A program made the translations under genes and the position numbers. A DNA stretch of 64,000 bases from Polaromonas sp. (lineage in GTDB: Bacteria > Pseudomonadota > Gammaproteobacteria > Burkholderiales > Burkholderiaceae_C), in the NCBI GenBank assembly GCA_013297865.1, contig JAAFIP010000015.1, forward strand, positions 31,359 through 95,358, written 5' to 3'. Shown piece after piece: positions 58,669-64,000 of the stretch. Numbering within the stretch: position 1 is the first letter of the stretch; each line of letters opens with the position of its first letter. The notes under the pieces are model-generated. The model worked only from the letters and a program-made list of their open reading frames with translations. It was not told the origin of the DNA and did not search any database.

Positions 58669-58842
58669 AGGTTGTGATCCGAGTGGTGATGATAAAAATT
58701 AGTCAGAAATGGAATGATGTCGTGCACAATTTGCATACCGATAACCGTGCAATTACAGCGGGTGAACTGTATCATGTTGCAATGCACAAAGTTTGTGCGC
58801 AAACTTACAGCCCGGTCCACAGGCAAAAAGCGAGATTTAACC

Positions 58843-59799
58843 ATGGCAGCACCCAAAGCAAAAGTCTTTATTGATGGCGAAGCAGGCACCACCGGCCTGC
58901 AGATTCGCGAGCGTCTGGCCACCATGGACCAGGTGGAGGTCATCAGCATTGCGCCCGAGCGGCGCAAAGACCCCGAGGCCAAGAAAGAGCTGTTTGCCGC
59001 AGCAGACCTGGTGGTGCTGTGTCTGCATGACCAGTCCGCTATTGAATCTGTAGCTGCCTGCGCGACTATCCAGAGGGCTGCAGGCCAAAAACCCTTGAAA
59101 ATCATTGACGCTTCCACGGCCCATCGCGTGGCCCCTGGCTGGGTGTTTGGCTTTCCCGAGCTGTCAGCCCAACATCGGCAAGCCGTTCAAAACGCCCAGT
59201 TCGTCTCCAACCCCGGCTGCTATGCCACGGGAGCCATTGCCATACTTCGCCCCTTGGTGGACGCAGGCATCTTGCCCAAAGACCATCCGCTGGCGCTGCC
59301 CGCCGTCAGCGGCTACAGCGGCGGTGGCCGCCAGATGATTGAAGACTACGAAGGCAAAAACGGCGAAAAAGGCAGCGCACCCGCCTACGAGCTATACGCC
59401 CTGGGTCTCAAGCACAAACACATCCCAGAGATCATGGCGCACACCGGCATCACCCGCCGCCCCATCTTTATCCCCAGCGTGGGCAACTTTGCCCAAGGCA
59501 TGCTGGTGGAGCTGCCGCTGCACCTGGACACCCTGCCCGGCAAACCGCGCATCGCTGACCTGCACGCCGCCTACGCCAAGCATTACGCTGGCAGCCAGTG
59601 GGTGCGGGCCGAGCCCGCCACCGAAAACGGCAAGCTCGACCCGCTCGCGCTCAACGGCACCAACCAGCTGGAAATCCGCGTGTTTGGCAACGACGAGGCC
59701 CAGCAAGCCGTGGTTGTCGCCCGGCTGGACAACCTGGGTAAAGGCGCCAGCGGCGCAGCCGTGCAAAACCTGAAGCTGATGCTGGGCCTGGACGGCTAG
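58843..59799 (+). CDS. argC: N-acetyl-gamma-glutamyl-phosphate reductase (type 2)
   Basis: [37 protein letters not shown]. Confidence 0.95.
   Translation: MAAPKAKVFIDGEAGTTGLQIRERLATMDQVEVISIAPERRKDPEAKKELFAAADLVVLCLHDQSAIESVAACATIQRAAGQKPLKIIDASTAHRVAPGWVFGFPELSAQHRQAVQNAQFVSNPGCYATGAIAILRPLVDAGILPKDHPLALPAVSGYSGGGRQMIEDYEGKNGEKGSAPAYELYALGLKHKHIPEIMAHTGITRRPIFIPSVGNFAQGMLVELPLHLDTLPGKPRIADLHAAYAKHYAGSQWVRAEPATENGKLDPLALNGTNQLEIRVFGNDEAQQAVVVARLDNLGKGASGAAVQNLKLMLGLDG
59037..59086 (+). repeat. Dispersed element copy 10, degenerate (inside argC)
   Basis: cgctat-tgaatct-gtagctgc-ctgcgcga-ctatcca-gagggctgcaggcc. Confidence 0.72.
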
Positions 59800-59898
59800 C
59801 CGTCTGGTCAGCTGCAAGCCCTAATCGAGAGGCTGCATCCTCCTGCCTGGCATGCCTGTGGCCGCACCGGCGTCTACCCTGGCTGAGCGATCAGGCTC

Positions 59899-60348
59899 CT
59901 AGCGCACATACGGATTGTTGGGCCGCGCATCGCGGGCGTTGCGCCTGCCATCGCCATCCCGGTCGCGGTCAAAGCGGTTGCGCACACCGTCGCCGTCCCG
60001 GTCCCGGTAGTAGGCGGCATGCTGCTCGCGCACCCAGCTGTCGCGGACAAAGATCACCGGCTGGTTGCAGGCTTGGTAGCGGGCGCAGTAGCGCGGCCAG
60101 TTGCTGGAGTGGGCCACGGGAACATACAGGTAGATCGGCGCGCGCTCGACGACCACAGGCGCGGGCGTGATGACCACGGGCCGGGGGACCAGCCAGCCAA
60201 CCTGCGGCACCGGCCCACCCAGCGTCACCCTGCCGTACACGCCAGGCTGGTGCACGTTGACCGTCACGCTCGCTGCCATGGCAGCGCCTGTCCACAACGC
60301 TGCTCCTGCAGCCAAGCTTGCGAACTTGTACAACATATTTGCTTTCAT
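59899..60348 (-). CDS. Secreted hypothetical protein with DRDGDG repeats
   Basis: Signal peptide AMA, PGVYGRV, C..Y..C, DRDGDG twice; RBS gaggt. Confidence 0.8.
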   Translation of the reverse strand: MKANMLYKFASLAAGAALWTGAAMAASVTVNVHQPGVYGRVTLGGPVPQVGWLVPRPVVITPAPVVVERAPIYLYVPVAHSSNWPRYCARYQACNQPVIFVRDSWVREQHAAYYRDRDGDGVRNRFDRDRDGDGRRNARDARPNNPYVR

Positions 60349-60488
60349 GAAACCACCTCGTCGTTAGCATCGAAGCACCCAGTCTGGAGGTGCATCATGG
60401 CTGCCGTGTGAGCGGGCCGTAAACTTGGGTAAACGGATGCGAAAGTCTGTAGGAGGTGTTGCTGCAGGGGTCTAAAGCACACCCTGTT

Positions 60489-60538
60489 TGCTATAAATTA
60501 AATAGCTGCTCCCGCAGCTTTTTATTGGTCTCAAGCCG
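60489..60538 (+). repeat. Dispersed element copy 11 (intergenic)
   Basis: tgctat-aaattaa-atagctgc-tcccgcag-cttttta-ttggtctcaagccg. Confidence 0.9.
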
Positions 60539-60560
60539 GTTTTCATTACTATTTCAGGCG

Positions 60561-62198
60561 CTAATCGCCATAGATGCTGGCGGGAATCCGGTTGCCCAGG
60601 GTTTGCCAGATGTAGCGGGTCAGCGTGTGGGGCTTGCCATACGCATCCACACCCGGGGCGCAAAAGCCGCGCTGGGTGTTGTTCACCGCAGGCACCGCGC
60701 CAGCAGGGACCGGGTTGGGCTCTGCAAAAACCGCCTTGATCTGGTCTTCATAGGGCCAGGGCCACAAAGGCACATTGGTCGTCTGGTCGTAGCCAGGCTC
60801 TCCCCAAGACGTGCCGTCTACCCCGTAGCGGGTGAGGATTTTGGCCCCGCTGATGTTGCTCTCGCGGTCTACGATATAGCGCAAGGCCGGGTTGGCCGCC
60901 GTGGCTACCTGGCTGTAGCCGCCGGTAAAGCCTGCGCTGCCAGTGCTGGAGAGATTCGGATTGCCCAGCAGCAGCGAGTCTGAAAATCGGTTTTGCGCAC
61001 CGATGATGTCGGCGTAAAAGGCATAAGGGTTCTGGCCTATGGTGAGCTGGTTCCACAGCGTGTCACCCCCATTGTTGTTGGCCCGCACACCCGCCAAAAA
61101 GCTGGTGCCCAGGTTGCCCCAGGCGACAGAGTTGACCAGATGGATCGACTTGCTGGCGGGGTATTCGGCCAGAAAAAAGCCAGCGTATTCGGCCCGGTTG
61201 TTCAACACAATCGAGCCATAAAACTTCAGGTTTTCGGTATTTTTGGGGTTGTAGACCCCGCCGTACACCGTGTCGCCTGCGGTAGGCCCCATCTGTCCGT
61301 CGATCACGATCAGGTTCTGCACCAGAAAGTCTTTGACCCGGATCGGCAGATCGTTGTTGCCGTAGATGGAAAAAGCCGCTTTGGGCTGCGCTGAGCTGAT
61401 GTAGTCCACACGTGCCACGATCCTGCGGAAGATGTTCTTGCTTTGGGTGGCGTCTGGCCCACCGGCGTTGAAGCCGTAGCGCGCATGCCCTACACCCGCC
61501 AGGTCTTCCATCAGGTTGTTGTTGCCGCCCACATAGAAAAAGCCGCCGTATTGCTCGGCCTCGCCCTGGCGCTTGAAAATGCTGCGCGTGATTTTGACAA
61601 AATTGCCATCGACCTGCCCTACAAACGGCGGATAGGCAGTGTCTTTTTGCACAAAAACGAAGCCATCGACCTTGATGTAATTGCCCGTGATGAACAGCGC
61701 ATTGTCGTAATAGTTCAGCGGGCCAGCGTTTTCGATCCGTACGGAGTAGGGGCTTTCGGCGCGGATGGTGGTCAGCTTTTGTGCGCTGCCGTTGGGAAAG
61801 GGGTGCATTTGCTGGTTGATGAAGTTGGCGCTGCCTGTGTACAGCCCGGCCTTCACCACGAGGGTGCCACCCGCAGACAGGCGGCTGATGCCCTTGGAAA
61901 GAGTCTTGTACGGGCTGGCTTGCGTACCAGCGCCAGAGGTGTCGTTGCCCGTGGTTGCCACCCATATCGCGTCAGCAGGCACTGGCTCCTGCGGTGTGGG
62001 GGGCACGGTCACCGTGGTGGTGCTGGTGGGAGTGGTGCCTGCCGAGGGCGTGCTGTCCTGGGGCGTGGACACGCTGGCAGCATTGCTGGCAGTGCTGGGG
62101 CCGCCAGAGCCGCCACCGCCACAGCTGCTTATCAGCAGCGCGGCCATACCTAACAGCAGCGCAAGTGAGATGCCACGCGGGCGCAGGAGATGGGTCAT
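60561..62198 (-). CDS. Lipoprotein with DUF1565/pectin-lyase-like right-handed beta-helix
   Basis: ISSC-GGGG lipobox, S/T/P linker, WVATTGND..GT..SPYKTLSKG..GGTLVVKAGLY. Confidence 0.78.
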   Translation of the reverse strand: MTHLLRPRGISLALLLGMAALLISSCGGGGSGGPSTASNAASVSTPQDSTPSAGTTPTSTTTVTVPPTPQEPVPADAIWVATTGNDTSGAGTQASPYKTLSKGISRLSAGGTLVVKAGLYTGSANFINQQMHPFPNGSAQKLTTIRAESPYSVRIENAGPLNYYDNALFITGNYIKVDGFVFVQKDTAYPPFVGQVDGNFVKITRSIFKRQGEAEQYGGFFYVGGNNNLMEDLAGVGHARYGFNAGGPDATQSKNIFRRIVARVDYISSAQPKAAFSIYGNNDLPIRVKDFLVQNLIVIDGQMGPTAGDTVYGGVYNPKNTENLKFYGSIVLNNRAEYAGFFLAEYPASKSIHLVNSVAWGNLGTSFLAGVRANNNGGDTLWNQLTIGQNPYAFYADIIGAQNRFSDSLLLGNPNLSSTGSAGFTGGYSQVATAANPALRYIVDRESNISGAKILTRYGVDGTSWGEPGYDQTTNVPLWPWPYEDQIKAVFAEPNPVPAGAVPAVNNTQRGFCAPGVDAYGKPHTLTRYIWQTLGNRIPASIYGD

Positions 62199-62329
62199 GG
62201 AACAAAGTTGTACCACTAAAGTGAGCATGCTTGCAACAGCGCAAGTGACCAAGCGGGTCAAATTTGCGATGCAAAGCCAAAGTTTTGCGTGGTTTTGGGC
62301 TGCTGTGGGGACCAGGACAGATTTTTAAA

Positions 62330-62379
62330 TGCTACAAATAATATAGCTGCTCCCGCGATATTCTATTGGGCTGGAGGCC
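62330..62379 (+). repeat. Dispersed element copy 12 (supplies the stop codon of the GNAT remnant)
   Basis: tgctac-aaataat-atagctgc-tcccgcga-tattcta-ttgggctggaggcc. Confidence 0.92.
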
Positions 62380-62581
62380 GATTGGATGCCAAATGACAGG
62401 TCATGAAGGCCAAATCCAGCCAGCGGTCGAACTTGAAGCCCACCTGACGCAGCACGCCCGCCTCTTCAAAGCCCAGCTGGCGGTGCAGCGCGATGCTGCC
62501 AGCGTTGACGGCGTCAATGCCGGCCACCATGGTGTGCAGGCCCTGGGCGCGGGCTGGGTGTAGGGTGTAGGGCGAGGTCAT
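62363..62581 (-). pseudogene. Internally deleted GNAT (Pat/YncA-like N-acetyltransferase)
   Basis: 72 aa: MTSPYTLHP joined to ARAQGLHTMVAGIDAVNAGSIALHRQLGF..VGFKFDRWLD; acetyl-CoA motif A absent. Confidence 0.75.
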
Positions 62582-62616
62582 GGGTGGGCTGGAGTGGTGA
62601 AATAGCGGGGTGATGG

Positions 62617-63300
62617 CTAAGGGCGGTGTTCGATGACGACCAGGTACTGGCAAGGTGTGCCCAGCAGGTTCTCAAAAGCAAATCTCTCTTGGGCCCACAT
62701 GAACAAGGCGTCTCCCGCCATGAGATCTGTGGTGAGGGTGTTCTGCCCCAAAGCGCCATGCTGGGTGATGCGCAGGCCGTCCGTCTGGGCGATGATGTGT
62801 TGGCCGTAACCAGAGGAGGTGAGGGCGCTGGGGTGAGCTGCGTCGCCAGCCACGCTGGGGCCGTACTGTACGGTGGCTTGGGGCGGCAGTGTGACTGCAA
62901 CCACCTCTACCTGGGAGCGGGGTATGCGCGGCGTGACGGTTTCGCGCACAAAGCCGGTGGCCGGGTCTTGCCAGCGCATGCGCTGGCTGCGGCGCATGAT
63001 GGCACTGGGCTGGCTGTGCGCGGGCGCCAGCAGATCTGACAGGCTGATGCCCAGGGCCGTGCACAGCTTGTGCAGCAAGGCGGCGGTGGCGCTGGCCTCG
63101 GCGCGCTCGATCTTGGAGATCATGGCCCGGCTCACGCCGCTGCCGGCGGCCAGATCCTGCAAGGTCAGGCTACGCTCAGCGCGCAGCGCCTTCAAGCGCG
63201 CAGCGATATGGGCATCGATCGGCGCGGCGCCAGGCAAGGCGTCGGCGTTAGCAGCGGGTGACGCCAGTGTCTTGTTAGTAAGAGGCTTTGTGTATTCCAT
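62617..63300 (-). CDS. XRE-family HTH regulator with cupin domain
   Basis: LTLQDLAAGSGVSRAMISKIERAE, WQDPATGFVR. Confidence 0.9.
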   Translation of the reverse strand: MEYTKPLTNKTLASPAANADALPGAAPIDAHIAARLKALRAERSLTLQDLAAGSGVSRAMISKIERAEASATAALLHKLCTALGISLSDLLAPAHSQPSAIMRRSQRMRWQDPATGFVRETVTPRIPRSQVEVVAVTLPPQATVQYGPSVAGDAAHPSALTSSGYGQHIIAQTDGLRITQHGALGQNTLTTDLMAGDALFMWAQERFAFENLLGTPCQYLVVIEHRP

Positions 63301-63433
63301 TAAAATGGAATTTAATCTAATTTATATGAAATTACAAGCAGTCCCGGTAGCAGCAAAAGCGCCCGGTTGACTGCGCAAGTCGCTAGGCCTGCCATATAGC
63401 GGCTGCGGCTAGGGCAGCCAAAGCAGCGCTTGA

Positions 63434-63462
63434 TTGCGGTGGGCCTTGCTCCGCGCTATAAT
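63434..63462 (+). promoter_or_regulatory. Sigma-70 promoter of the str operon
   Basis: TTGCGG-N17-TATAAT. Confidence 0.6.
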
Positions 63463-63539
63463 GGAAAGCTTTTCCGCGTTCGCGTGACGAATTGTGAGCG
63501 GGGAAAAGATTTCTTTTTTATTCACGTTTAGGTAGATCA

Positions 63540-63917
63540 ATGCCCACCATTAACCAGCTCATACGCCATGGACGCGAGGTCGAAACGATCAAGTCGAAGT
63601 CCCCGGCTATGCAAAACTCCCCCCAGCGTCGGGGTGTGTGCACGCGTGTGTACACCACGACTCCCAAGAAACCCAACTCCGCGTTGCGTAAAGTTGCCAA
63701 AGTGCGCTTGACCAACGGTTTTGAGGTGATTTCCTACATCGGTGGCGAAGGCCACAACCTGCAGGAACACAGCGTAGTGCTGGTTCGCGGCGGTCGTGTC
63801 AAGGACTTGCCCGGTGTGCGTTACCACATCGTGCGTGGTTCGCTCGATTTGCAAGGCGTGAAAGACCGCAAGCAGTCGCGCTCCAAGTACGGCGCTAAAA
63901 AGCCAAAGGCTAAGTAA
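63540..63917 (+). CDS. rpsL: 30S ribosomal protein S12
   Basis: [28 protein letters not shown]. Confidence 0.98.
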   Translation: MPTINQLIRHGREVETIKSKSPAMQNSPQRRGVCTRVYTTTPKKPNSALRKVAKVRLTNGFEVISYIGGEGHNLQEHSVVLVRGGRVKDLPGVRYHIVRGSLDLQGVKDRKQSRSKYGAKKPKAK

Positions 63918-64000
63918 TTAGCCAGAGCCCCAGGCTCAAAAAAAGGTGCTGTTTCCCGCGTGGCGCGGTGAATGCAGCGTAGTGACTCCAGCAGACAATC

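Noticed and set aside
59920..60010. DRDGDG repeats as a novel repeat system
   Set aside because: They are common TSP3-like acidic motifs in small secreted proteins, with only two units here.
91..62379. Dispersed element read as a CRISPR array or integron attC array
   Set aside because: Copies are kilobases apart, in both orientations and mostly inside genes. There are no regular spacers, cas genes, integrase or RYYYAAC/GTTRRRY ends.

Overview
A GC-rich betaproteobacterial chromosome segment; gene content and order look Comamonadaceae-like, which is an inference. It holds about 60 CDS. Housekeeping genes include the ubiA 3' end, ptsH/ptsI, ilvE, waaF, ampG, thiL, pgpA, cinA, apaG, sucCD, argC and rpsL. 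Accessory content includes three LysR modules, a TetR-RND efflux operon, a two-component system with mipA, and two orphan lipoproteins. I found no rRNA, tRNA, transposase or CRISPR array. Two things stand out. (1) An ungapped ~50-bp dispersed element (TGCTAT-N7-ATAGCTGCTCCCGCGA-N7-TTGGSCTG..) occurs 12 times. Eight copies lie in-frame inside protein genes (UbiA, ThiL, CinA, ArgC, PglL, an MFS transporter, an RND adaptor, a lipoprotein), in three reading frames, with frame-specific loss of stop codons. (2) A co-directional gene run encodes a CHASE2 Ser/Thr kinase, PP2C phosphatase, double-FHA protein, CHASE2 adenylate cyclase, cyclic-nucleotide phosphodiesterase and GAF-PilB ATPase. It is followed by two near-identical major pilins, tfpZ and pglL, suggesting phospho-Thr/cAMP control of a type IV pilus motor. 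Smaller observations are a duplicated 68-bp promoter around one LysR gene, many apparently leaderless genes and an internally deleted GNAT.
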